A stretch of DNA of 64,000 nt from assembly GCA_963677435.1 (NCBI GenBank), contig OY781945.1, positions 1,824,001 through 1,888,000 on the forward strand. The letters are read 5' to 3'. Under the pieces are notes generated by a model. The model was not told where the DNA came from and ran no database searches. It saw only the letters and a program-made list of their open reading frames with translations. Of this stretch, positions 29,642 through 38,409 are shown one piece after another. Origin of the DNA: an uncultured Aliarcobacter sp. (GTDB taxonomy: Bacteria > Campylobacterota > Campylobacteria > Campylobacterales > Arcobacteraceae). Made by a program: the position numbers and the translations under genes. Numbering within the stretch: the stretch's first letter is position 1; each line of letters opens with the position of its first letter.

Positions 29642-29932
29642 ATGAAAATAGAAATATTAGGAACAGGTTGCTCTAAATGCAAAGCTTTAGAAGAAGCAAC
29701 AAAACAAGCAGTTGCAAAAGTTGGTGGATTTCACGAAGTTATAAAAGTAGAAGATGTAGTTAAAATTATGAACTATGGTGTTATGAGTACACCTGCTTTG
29801 GTAGTTGATGGAGTTGTTAAATCAACAGGTAAAATATTAGGTGTTGAAGAAATAGTTGCTTTTTTAAAAGGTGATGAATCTTGTTGTAGTACAAGTGAAA
29901 ATACACCTAGTGGATGTTGTGGAAATAAATAA
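29642..29932 (+). CDS. Small thioredoxin-like protein (MTH895 type) with Cys-rich tail
   Basis: ILGTGCSKC, YGVMSTPALVVDG, tail CC..GCC. Confidence 0.88.
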   Translation: MKIEILGTGCSKCKALEEATKQAVAKVGGFHEVIKVEDVVKIMNYGVMSTPALVVDGVVKSTGKILGVEEIVAFLKGDESCCSTSENTPSGCCGNK

Positions 29933-29985
29933 AGAATCATTTATACTATAAAAGATTTAATCTTAAATTACATAGATAGGGAAAA

Positions 29986-30057
29986 ATGATTCTGACACAA
30001 ACAGTTTTAAATACCAAAGGTGAAAAAGTGTACAGACATATTGGCGTTCTAAGTTGA
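29986..30057 (+). pseudogene. Probable remnant of a thioredoxin-family gene
   Basis: MILTQTVLNTKGEKVYRHIGVLS* resembles the Trx-fold C-terminus IPTQ...G.EVYRHIG. Confidence 0.45.
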
Positions 30058-30093
30058 GAAGGGATATAAAAATTAATTTAATAGGACAATATA

Positions 30094-30423
30094 TTGATAG
30101 GTAATTTAGGAATATTTTTTTTAGCAGCTTTTTTTGAAATATTTGGCTGTTTTGCTTTTTGGTTATATTTTAGACTTGAAAGAACTCCTTGGTGGATAGC
30201 ATTAGGAGTTGTTTCTTTGATTCTTTTTGCTTATGTTTTAACAAAAATTGATGTAGAAAATGCAGGAAGAGTTTATGCTATTTATGGTGGAATTTATATA
30301 ATAGCCTCTTTAATATGGCTTGTATTAGTTGAAAAAGAGAGTTTTAATAGATGGGATGTCATAGGTGCAAGTTTAGCAATGCTTGGAGCTTTTATTATAT
30401 TTATAGGAAATAAAAATGTTTAA
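30094..30423 (+). CDS. ynfA: YnfA/UPF0060 membrane protein, copy 2
   Basis: Near-identical to 15231-15560; TTG start. Confidence 0.88.
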   Translation: MIGNLGIFFLAAFFEIFGCFAFWLYFRLERTPWWIALGVVSLILFAYVLTKIDVENAGRVYAIYGGIYIIASLIWLVLVEKESFNRWDVIGASLAMLGAFIIFIGNKNV

Positions 30424-30994
30424 TAATTTAAGTCAACATAGAGCTATTTTAATAGTAGCACTTTTAAATTTTGGCTATTTTTTTGTGGAGTTTTTTGTCG
30501 CTTTAAATATTACATCAGTTTCATTATTTGCTGATAGTATTGATTTCTTAGAGGATGCTTTTACAAATTTCATAATTCTTTTTGGGCTTTATTTATCACT
30601 ACAGAATAGAATAAAATTAGGATATTTGCTTATAGGAATGATTTTTATTCCTTCCCTATTTACTTTGATATTTGCTATCAATCAATTTCTAAATCCAGTA
30701 TTAACCGATGGTGTTTTACTTTCTAGTTATGCATTTGGTGCATTAGTTATAAATATCTTTTGTGCCTTTTTAATAGCAAGATTTAAAAAAGCAAATAATT
30801 CTCTTTTACTTACAGCTTTTTATAGTGCAAGAAATGATGCACTAGCAAATATAGCAATGATAATAGCAGGAGTTATTACAATTTATACTACTTCTCACTA
30901 TCCAGATTTAATAGTTGGAATTTTGATATTTTTACTTAATCTTGATGCTAGTAAGGCTATTTATGAACAAATAAAAAAGGAAAAAACTAAATGA
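30416..30994 (+). CDS. Short CDF-type cation transporter (no C-terminal domain)
   Basis: SLFADSIDFLED, SARNDALAN, PDL. Confidence 0.82.
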   Translation: MFNNLSQHRAILIVALLNFGYFFVEFFVALNITSVSLFADSIDFLEDAFTNFIILFGLYLSLQNRIKLGYLLIGMIFIPSLFTLIFAINQFLNPVLTDGVLLSSYAFGALVINIFCAFLIARFKKANNSLLLTAFYSARNDALANIAMIIAGVITIYTTSHYPDLIVGILIFLLNLDASKAIYEQIKKEKTK

Positions 30995-31923
30995 TAACAG
31001 ATAAAAAACAGATTTTACAAAAGGTCATATTTTTAAATATTTCTCTTGTAATTGCTGAGATAATAGCAGGAATTTATAGTAGTTCAATGGCATTAATAGC
31101 TGATGCTTTTCATAATCTTGGTGATATTATAGCTCTTTTTGTATCTTTAATTGCTATTATTTATGGAGCAAAAAAAGCAAGTGAATCCATGACTTTTGGA
31201 TATATTAAAGCCGAAATAATGGCAGCATTTATTAACTCACTTTTTCTAATTATCACAATGATTTTTATTTTAGTTGAATCAATTAATCGATTTTTAAATC
31301 CAACAGATATTAATGCTCCAATAGTTATTTTTGCTTCATTAATTGCTTTATTTATCAATGCATATAGTACTATTTTACTAAAACAAAATAATATAGAACA
31401 TCATCATGACCATGAAGATGTTGAAGATGAATCTCATCATGAATATGAAGATATGAATATCAAATCAGCTTACTTACACATGCTAGGTGATGCAATTATA
31501 TCTTTAAGTGTTGCTGTGGGTGGAGTAGTTATTTACTTTTTTGGTGTAGTGGCAATTGATAGTATATTATCTATTTTATTTTCTATCTATATTATTAAAG
31601 AGACTTTTCCTTTACTAAAAAAATCATTTTACTCTTTGATGGATTCAAATATTGATGATTTAAAGCAAATAGAAGCTCTAATTATAAATAGTGATTCTCA
31701 TATTTTATCAATTCATGATTTACATCTTTATAGACCAAATTCAATTGAATGTTATGGTTCTGCTCATATTGTTTTAAATGAAAATTTAAGTTTAATTGAA
31801 ATTGAGTCAATTTCAGAAAATATAAGGCTTGAACTCAAAGAAAAAGGGATTAATCATTTTATAATTCAACCCGAAAGTATCAAATATCATCATGATAATA
31901 TTGATTGTTTAATTCATTTATGA
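30991..31923 (+). CDS. CDF-family Zn/Co/Cd exporter (CzcD/ZitB-like)
   Basis: ADAFHNLGD, His-rich loop, AYLHMLGD, HDLH. Confidence 0.92.
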   Translation: MITDKKQILQKVIFLNISLVIAEIIAGIYSSSMALIADAFHNLGDIIALFVSLIAIIYGAKKASESMTFGYIKAEIMAAFINSLFLIITMIFILVESINRFLNPTDINAPIVIFASLIALFINAYSTILLKQNNIEHHHDHEDVEDESHHEYEDMNIKSAYLHMLGDAIISLSVAVGGVVIYFFGVVAIDSILSILFSIYIIKETFPLLKKSFYSLMDSNIDDLKQIEALIINSDSHILSIHDLHLYRPNSIECYGSAHIVLNENLSLIEIESISENIRLELKEKGINHFIIQPESIKYHHDNIDCLIHL

Positions 31924-31949
31924 AGTAGTTAATATCTAAACTACTTCAT
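31921..31949. terminator. Hairpin between convergent genes
   Basis: TGAAGTAGTT..AACTACTTCA. Confidence 0.6.
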
Positions 31950-31955
31950 ATTAAG

Positions 31956-32741
31956 TTAACCCTTTGATTTAAAAACTTTCCAAGCAGAAATAAGTAATAT
32001 ACATCCTAGTAATAAAGTAAGATATTGAGAATTTACATATGAAAGTAATATTGAACCAATAAAAGCTCCTACAAATGAACCTATAACCATATAGATTATA
32101 AATTTCTTTTCACTCATAATTTGTTTGAATTGTTCGCTTCTTGAATATCTTGAGAATGCCATTATCATAGTAGGTAAACTAATACATAAAGATACACTAC
32201 CTGCTAATTTTGGATCCATTCCAAATAATAGTATTAAAGTAGGAATTATAAATTCTCCACCTGCTACTCCTAATACTGCTGCAATAATTCCAATTAGTAC
32301 ACCAGCAATTACACCTGAAACAAATAAAAGAATTTGATTTTCAAATAAAGGATTTCCTGCTACTAAATAATTGTGTCCAAAAAGCATTGAAAATGCTAAT
32401 ACTACTAATAAAACTAAGATAATTTTATTTAAAAATTCTTGTTTTATCTTCATTGCATAATTAGCACCAATGTAAGCACCAAATAAACTACCAATTAAGA
32501 TATTAATTATTGTAAAAGAATGAGGTATTATCTCTTCAAAACCTATGGTATGACTTCTAAATATTAATGAAAATAGTACAACTGCTAAAGAAACAACTTT
32601 GTTTATAATAACTGCATTTAATGTTGCGAAACTAAAAAAACCAACTAAAATAGGAAGTCTAAATTCTGCTCCTCCAAGTCCAATTAATCCTCCAAGTGTA
32701 GCAACTAAGAAACCACTTATAAAACTATACATATTTTTCAT
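31956..32741 (-). CDS. TauE/SafE (sulfite exporter-like) membrane protein
   Basis: GGLIGLGGAEFRLP and LGVAGGEFIIP repeats. Confidence 0.85.
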   Translation of the reverse strand: MKNMYSFISGFLVATLGGLIGLGGAEFRLPILVGFFSFATLNAVIINKVVSLAVVLFSLIFRSHTIGFEEIIPHSFTIINILIGSLFGAYIGANYAMKIKQEFLNKIILVLLVVLAFSMLFGHNYLVAGNPLFENQILLFVSGVIAGVLIGIIAAVLGVAGGEFIIPTLILLFGMDPKLAGSVSLCISLPTMIMAFSRYSRSEQFKQIMSEKKFIIYMVIGSFVGAFIGSILLSYVNSQYLTLLLGCILLISAWKVFKSKG

Positions 32742-32871
32742 TTTAAACCTTTGTTAGTATAACTATAAGTAAAATATGCATAAATTGTACCAAAACTGTA
32801 TATACATATTTACTACTATTAAATTGCTGGAATCCACAAAAAAACATCTAAATCTTTATTCTCATTTTAAA

Positions 32872-33927
32872 TTAAAATATATCTGTTGTTTGACTAAGTC
32901 TTTGTTTATCAAAGTGTGTATATATTCTAGAAGTATTTATGTCTGCGTGTCCTAAAGATTCTTGTACAAGTATTAAATCTCTATTTTTTTGATACAAAAG
33001 CGTTGCAAATGTATGCCTTAACATATGTGCTCCATTTTTCTCTTTTCTTAATCCAACACTTAAAAGTATTTGTTCTACCAATCTACCTATATAGGCTTGA
33101 GTTAATCTTGTACCTTTTTGATTACAAAATAGTAAATTTTCATTACAAGATTTATTTTCGTGCCAGTTAGCTAAATCATTTTTAATGATTTTTTCTTTAA
33201 TCATTACAACTCTAGGCTTATTTCCTTTTCCTCTTACTTGAATAATATAAGCATCACTATCTTTTGTAAAATCTTTAATTTTAATATTTATAGCTTCACT
33301 AACTCTAATACCAGTATAAAGTATTATTTTAATAATAAGTCTATTTCTTGCTGCTAAAGTAGGCTTTTTAAAGGGATATTCATCTATTGCTTGAATAAAC
33401 TTTTGTACTTCATCTTTATTCATAAAAGAGGGCAGTTTGCTACCACTTTTTCCTCCTAAACCTCCCCAGTTTTTGAGTTCAATATTAAATCTATAAGCAG
33501 TCCCATTTTCCTCTTCATTTTGTTTATCTAAATATCCAAAAAAACCAAGTAGGGCAATACGATAGTTCTTTTTTGTAGCATCTGATAAATTTGCTGTTTC
33601 ACTAGCTAAAAAATCACTAAGTAACTCTTCATCAATTTCCTTCATAGAAGCGGCTCCAAATCTCATCAAAAAGACATAAAGCTTTTCTAAAGGAAGATAA
33701 TATACATGAGCACCATTTAAACCAATGTTTCTGACTTCTTTAATCAAAGTTTTTAAATCTTCAACATTATCAAAACCACGTACTAATTCTTGTATAATTT
33801 TTGCAAGTCTATCTTTATCTGTAACTTGTCTATTAGATAATGATGTTATTTTACTTCGTATAAATCGACTAAGCCAAAATAGATAAGTTTTACTAAAGTT
33901 GTTTTCACAGTCAATTGGGTATCGCAT
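32872..33927 (-). CDS. XerH-like tyrosine recombinase inside the transposon (putative resolvase)
   Basis: MRYPIDCENNF..FWL..SLSN, LSDATKKNYRIA, TGIRVSE, GKGNK, KNGAHMLRHTFAT, LGHADINTSRIY. Confidence 0.9.
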   Translation of the reverse strand: MRYPIDCENNFSKTYLFWLSRFIRSKITSLSNRQVTDKDRLAKIIQELVRGFDNVEDLKTLIKEVRNIGLNGAHVYYLPLEKLYVFLMRFGAASMKEIDEELLSDFLASETANLSDATKKNYRIALLGFFGYLDKQNEEENGTAYRFNIELKNWGGLGGKSGSKLPSFMNKDEVQKFIQAIDEYPFKKPTLAARNRLIIKIILYTGIRVSEAINIKIKDFTKDSDAYIIQVRGKGNKPRVVMIKEKIIKNDLANWHENKSCNENLLFCNQKGTRLTQAYIGRLVEQILLSVGLRKEKNGAHMLRHTFATLLYQKNRDLILVQESLGHADINTSRIYTHFDKQRLSQTTDIF

Positions 33928-33982
33928 ATAAGTTTCCTATGTAGATGATATATAAGTTAGAGTATATCAAAATAAATATTAA

Positions 33983-34015
33983 TTTTATATTGGAAATCTA
34001 AATTTCCAAACTATT
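33983..34015. other. difH-like recombination site (putative res site)
   Basis: TTTTATA-TTGGAAA-TCTAAA-TTTCCAA-ACTATT: 7-bp inverted arms with 6-bp spacer, between recombinase and tnpA2. Confidence 0.75.
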
Positions 34016-34095
34016 AAATAAATATACTCTTTTATCAATAATTATAAGTTTTAAAAGAATAAAATAAATTTATCTCATTAAAAAGAATTTATATT

Positions 34096-37095
34096 ATGGC
34101 AAGAATACAAATATTAACAGAACTAGAAGAGAAAAAATTTAATGAACCTCCACTTTTTTCATTACAAGATAGAAAATATTACTTTCATATTAATGAAAAT
34201 TTATTAAATAAATTGTATGAAAAAATACAAACAAAAAACCTTTGCTATATGATACTTCAATATGGATATTTAAGAGCTAGAAATAGTTTTTTCACAGATT
34301 TTTATGATGAAGATATTGAATATGTTAAAAAAACTTATTCCTTAAATGCTTTTGATAATAAAATATCTAAACGTTCAAAAGCACGTTATCACCCTTTCTT
34401 AAGGGATATTGTTGGAATTAAAGAGACAACTCAAATTGAAATATCACTTCTAAAACAAAAAGCCATCCAAATGGCAAATATATTTCAAGATAGAAGAAAA
34501 ATATTTTGGGAACTTGTTAATGAATCCAGAAATCTTAAAATTGAAGTTCCAAGCTATACAATGCTTGTTGAAATTATATCTGAAGCTATTAATATACAAA
34601 AGTCATCTATTATAGAAAAATTGATAAATTTTGAAAGTAATGAAAGTCTAAAAAAATTAGACATATTTCTAGATAAAGATGAAAAATTTAAAAATAAATA
34701 TCAAATAGGAAGCTTTAGACGATTAGAACATAGCACAGCTCAAAAAAAGATTAGGAAAAGTTTATCTCATTTTCAAACGATAAAGACAATATTTGTATTA
34801 AACAAGAATATAATAGACTCTGTTGGAATAACTTCTAAAATAGCTCAATACTATGCTATATGGATAAATAAAAGTCGTTCATCTCAATTACTACAACAAG
34901 AAGAGCTTGATAATAAATTTTATTTATTGTGTTTTGTGTATTACCAATATTTAATTAGGAATGATAATTTAATAGACCGATTTATTAGTGTTGTTCAAAG
35001 TTTTAAAACTTCCCTACTTCGTGAACATAAAGAATTTGTATATGAAAATGTAGAAGAAAAAAATAAAACTATTCAATCTTATAAAGAGTTGATTCTACAA
35101 ATTTTAGATGATATAGATAACTGTGCAGATAATTCTACATTAGATGCAATAAATCGAATTCATCAAATAAAACAATACATTAATGAACAAAGAGAATTAT
35201 TAAATAAAAAAGACAATGACTCATCTATTTTTAATGAAAATAAGAGTAAATTTGATTTAGTTGAATCAAAATCTCGCTCACTTCAAGGACAATTATCTGG
35301 CATTATAAAAGCTATAGAGTTTGATGAAAAGACATCTGATAAATCAATAATAAAAGCGATTAATTATTTTAAAGAATCAAATAATTTCCAAAATGCACCA
35401 CAAGATTTTTTAGAAGATGAAGAGAAAATTATTTTAATAAATGAAGATGGATTTAGAACTTCTTTATACAAAGCTTTACTTTTTTATCATGTTTCAAATC
35501 ATATAAAAAACGGTACTTTAAATTTAAAATATTCATATAGATATAAAAGTTTTGAGAAGTATTTGATTGATAAAGAAACTTGGGATATAAATAAAAATGA
35601 ATTATTAAAAGAACATAATTTATTAGATTTAATAAATTTTGATAATTTTATCACCCCTATTTCTAAAAAATTAGATAATAGTTATTATCAGACTAATATG
35701 AATATAATCAAAGATATTAATACAAATTTTAAAAAGACTAGTAGTGCTTTTACTTTAAAAACACCTAGTTTAGAGAAATTTGAAGAAGATGATAGTATTA
35801 ATAAATATTTACCTATAAATAATTTTATATCCGTTATAGAAATATTAAATACTATTAATAAGCATATAAATTTTTTAAACGCATTTTCGCACTATAATAT
35901 TAAAAGTACAACAAAAGCATCAGAACATTCACTCTTAGCATCAATTTTAGGATATGGCTGTAATATTAGTCTTTTACAAATGGGGAAAATTTCAAAAGGT
36001 ATTCAAGCAAATCATCTTGATACTGTAAAAACTTGGTACTTTACAGAAGATAATACTTTAGAAGCAAATGATAAAATAGTCAATTTTATGAATAATCTCG
36101 AAATTGTTAAATTACTAAGAGCAAATAAAGATTTAAATCATACTTCTAGTGATGGCCAAAAATATAATATGAAACCATCTGTTGAATCAACAAATGCAGG
36201 ATATTCTTTTAAATATTTTGGAACGCAAAAAGGTGTAAGTGTTTATACTTTTATTGATGAATCTCATAGATTATTTTATTCTACAGTTATTCATGTTAAT
36301 GAAAGAGAAAGTGGATATGTTATTGATGGACTATTACATAATGATGAACTTCAAAGCGATATACACTCTACTGATACTCATGGATTTTCAGAAGTAATTT
36401 TTGGATTAACACATTTATTAGGCTTTTCTTTTGCTCCTAGAATTAAGAATTTTAGAGATCAATATCTATATAGTATTAAACCTAGAAAAGATTATATAGA
36501 AAAGAAATACTTTTTAACTCCACGACAAAAAATAAATATTGAAAATATAGAAAATAATTGGGACTCAATTTTAATGTTTTTAGTTACTATAAAATCAAAA
36601 AAAACTTCTACTTCTCAACTTTTGAAAAGATTAACATCTTATTCAAAAGAACATCAGTTATATACTGCAATAAAAGAATTTGGAAAAATCATTAAAACAG
36701 ATTTTTTACTAAATTATATTGATGATGTTGAATTAAGACAAAGAATTGAAAAACAGTTAAATAAAGTAGAAAGCTCAAATAAATTCTCTAAAGCTGTTTT
36801 TTTTGGTAGGAATGCAGAGTTTACTGTTGCAACTATTGAAGAGCAAAATATTGCTAATAATTGTAAAAGGTTAATTCAAAATTCTATTATTTTATGGAAC
36901 TATCTTTATTTGACTCAAAAAATTGATGAAACAAAAAATCAAGAGGAAAAAAATGAAATAATTAAAACTATACAGCAAAGTTCTATAATACATTGGAGTC
37001 ACATTAATTTTTATGGTGAATATGATTTTACTAAATTAGATAGAAAAGATACAAAATATATAAAAGATAAAGATTATACACAATTGAAGATTTAA
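34096..37095 (+). CDS. tnpA: Tn3-family transposase (tnpA2, inner element)
   Basis: 999 aa; SSDGQK, HSTDTHG, LNKVE; clear paralogue of tnpA1. Confidence 0.95.
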   Translation: MARIQILTELEEKKFNEPPLFSLQDRKYYFHINENLLNKLYEKIQTKNLCYMILQYGYLRARNSFFTDFYDEDIEYVKKTYSLNAFDNKISKRSKARYHPFLRDIVGIKETTQIEISLLKQKAIQMANIFQDRRKIFWELVNESRNLKIEVPSYTMLVEIISEAINIQKSSIIEKLINFESNESLKKLDIFLDKDEKFKNKYQIGSFRRLEHSTAQKKIRKSLSHFQTIKTIFVLNKNIIDSVGITSKIAQYYAIWINKSRSSQLLQQEELDNKFYLLCFVYYQYLIRNDNLIDRFISVVQSFKTSLLREHKEFVYENVEEKNKTIQSYKELILQILDDIDNCADNSTLDAINRIHQIKQYINEQRELLNKKDNDSSIFNENKSKFDLVESKSRSLQGQLSGIIKAIEFDEKTSDKSIIKAINYFKESNNFQNAPQDFLEDEEKIILINEDGFRTSLYKALLFYHVSNHIKNGTLNLKYSYRYKSFEKYLIDKETWDINKNELLKEHNLLDLINFDNFITPISKKLDNSYYQTNMNIIKDINTNFKKTSSAFTLKTPSLEKFEEDDSINKYLPINNFISVIEILNTINKHINFLNAFSHYNIKSTTKASEHSLLASILGYGCNISLLQMGKISKGIQANHLDTVKTWYFTEDNTLEANDKIVNFMNNLEIVKLLRANKDLNHTSSDGQKYNMKPSVESTNAGYSFKYFGTQKGVSVYTFIDESHRLFYSTVIHVNERESGYVIDGLLHNDELQSDIHSTDTHGFSEVIFGLTHLLGFSFAPRIKNFRDQYLYSIKPRKDYIEKKYFLTPRQKINIENIENNWDSILMFLVTIKSKKTSTSQLLKRLTSYSKEHQLYTAIKEFGKIIKTDFLLNYIDDVELRQRIEKQLNKVESSNKFSKAVFFGRNAEFTVATIEEQNIANNCKRLIQNSIILWNYLYLTQKIDETKNQEEKNEIIKTIQQSSIIHWSHINFYGEYDFTKLDRKDTKYIKDKDYTQLKI

Positions 37096-37111
37096 GTTTT
37101 ATTTAAGTAAT

Positions 37112-37146
37112 TTGGCACCATTTAGTACCTTTATGCAAAAGTACCC
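37112..37146 (-). repeat. Right terminal inverted repeat of inner transposon
   Basis: Reverse complement GGGTACTTTTGCATAAAGGTACTAAATGGTGCCAA. Confidence 0.95.
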
Positions 37147-37164
37147 TAAGTTAAAATATAACTC

Positions 37165-37312
37165 TATATTTCAACGAGGAATGATTTTTTGGTTGAAAGT
37201 TGTATCAATATAAGGAAAAACTATTTCTAGGCTATTCTAAGAATTAGAATATATTAAATTAAGCTATATTTAAGAACCGTGGCGCATTTTGTACCTTTAT
37301 GTAAATATAGCC
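37165..37312. repeat. Right-end segment and terminal IR of outer element
   Basis: Direct repeat of 15043-15191; ends GTACCTTTATGTAAATATAGCC. Confidence 0.85.
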
Positions 37313-38409
37313 AAGTTTTAAATATTTATGAAAAACCAACAAAAAAAGTTTTAAGATTAAAATCTGCTAATTTTGATTTTTTTACAGATGTAAAAAAAGA
37401 TGAAAATATCGTTAAATCAGACCTTTTAAACATAGCAATAATTTCTCTTAACATCACATTTTTAGACTATTTAAAAGGTTTTTATACAAAAACTATTTAT
37501 TTTGATTATCTAGAAAAACCTGCAAAATTTAGAGATAAAATCATAGAAAAAATAGATTCAAACCATGAAGACAAGATAATAAAAGAGTTATTTCAAGCTT
37601 TGTTTTTAGCAACTCCAATTTCAAAAGAGTTAAGAGATATTTGTACAAATTACAGTATTAGTCATTTAATAGCACTTTCTGGCTTTCATTTAGTAGTTTT
37701 ATCTTTTGTAATATATTGGATTTTTTATTTTCCTTATAATTTTTTTCATCAAAAATATTTCCCGTTTCGAAACAAAAAATATGATTTACTTTTGATTTCA
37801 ATATTTTTTCTTTTTTGTTATTTGCTTTTGACAAATATAATTCCCTCTCTTCTTAGAGCTTTTGTGATGTTTGTATTAATGATATTTTTACTTCGCTCAA
37901 ATATAAAGATAGTTTCCTTTATGACTTTGTTATTTACTTTTTTGATAGTTATTGCATTATTTCCAAAATTTTTATTTTCATTGGGATTTTGGTTTTCAAT
38001 TATGGCAGTTTTTTATATATTTTTATTTGTAAAATATTTTGTAGATTTAAATAAATATCTACAAATTATATTTTTTAATATTTGGATGTTTTTGATTTTT
38101 AATCCAATTGTACATTTTTATTTTCCACAAACTTCTTATGAACAGTTTTTATCAATAATAATTACAATATTTTTTACACTATTTTATCCCCTTGAAATTT
38201 TTGCTCATATCTTTGATTTTGCTAGTTGTTTTGATGGATTTATAAAATATTTTTTATATCATGAAATGTATGTTTATGAAGTTTTTACACCTTTTTATTT
38301 TTTTATTGTTTACCTAGGGGCTTCCCTAGGTTCAATATTTTATAAAAAGGCTTTTTATTTATTAAATATTTTAATGATTATATTTAATATTTATTTGCAT
38401 GTTATATGA
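37313..38409 (+). pseudogene. comEC: ComEC/Rec2 competence protein, 5'-truncated by the island
   Basis: ISHLIALSGFHL, PSLLRA, SLGFWFS motifs; ORF 37279 begins inside the IR. Confidence 0.85.

Larger units (their letters stand above)
22153..37146. mobile_element. Complete ~15.0-kb Tn3-family transposon carrying ars and CDF genes, XerH-like recombinase and tnpA2
   Basis: 35-bp IRs (34/35 identical); TAAGTT duplicated at 22147-22152 and 37147-37152. Confidence 0.95.
1..37312. mobile_element. Outer Tn3-family element / metal-resistance island inserted in comEC; left end outside window
   Basis: After removing the inner transposon, tnpA1 is followed by ~160 bp ending in IR ..GTACCTTTATGTAAATATAGCC that abuts mid-comEC. 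Confidence 0.75.

Noticed and set aside
29940..30093. Possible guanidine or metal riboswitch upstream of ynfA
   Set aside because: No recognisable conserved motif or stems; sequence is better explained as a thioredoxin remnant, and the other ynfA copy lacks it.
32872..34015. Recombinase and site as the host's chromosomal xerH and dif
   Set aside because: They lie within IRs and a target duplication; not fully excluded without the rest of the genome.
37165..37230. Subterminal repeat as a coding remnant of tnpA (YISTRNDF frame)
   Set aside because: Not in frame with reconstructed tnpA1 and preceded by stops; cannot be supported.
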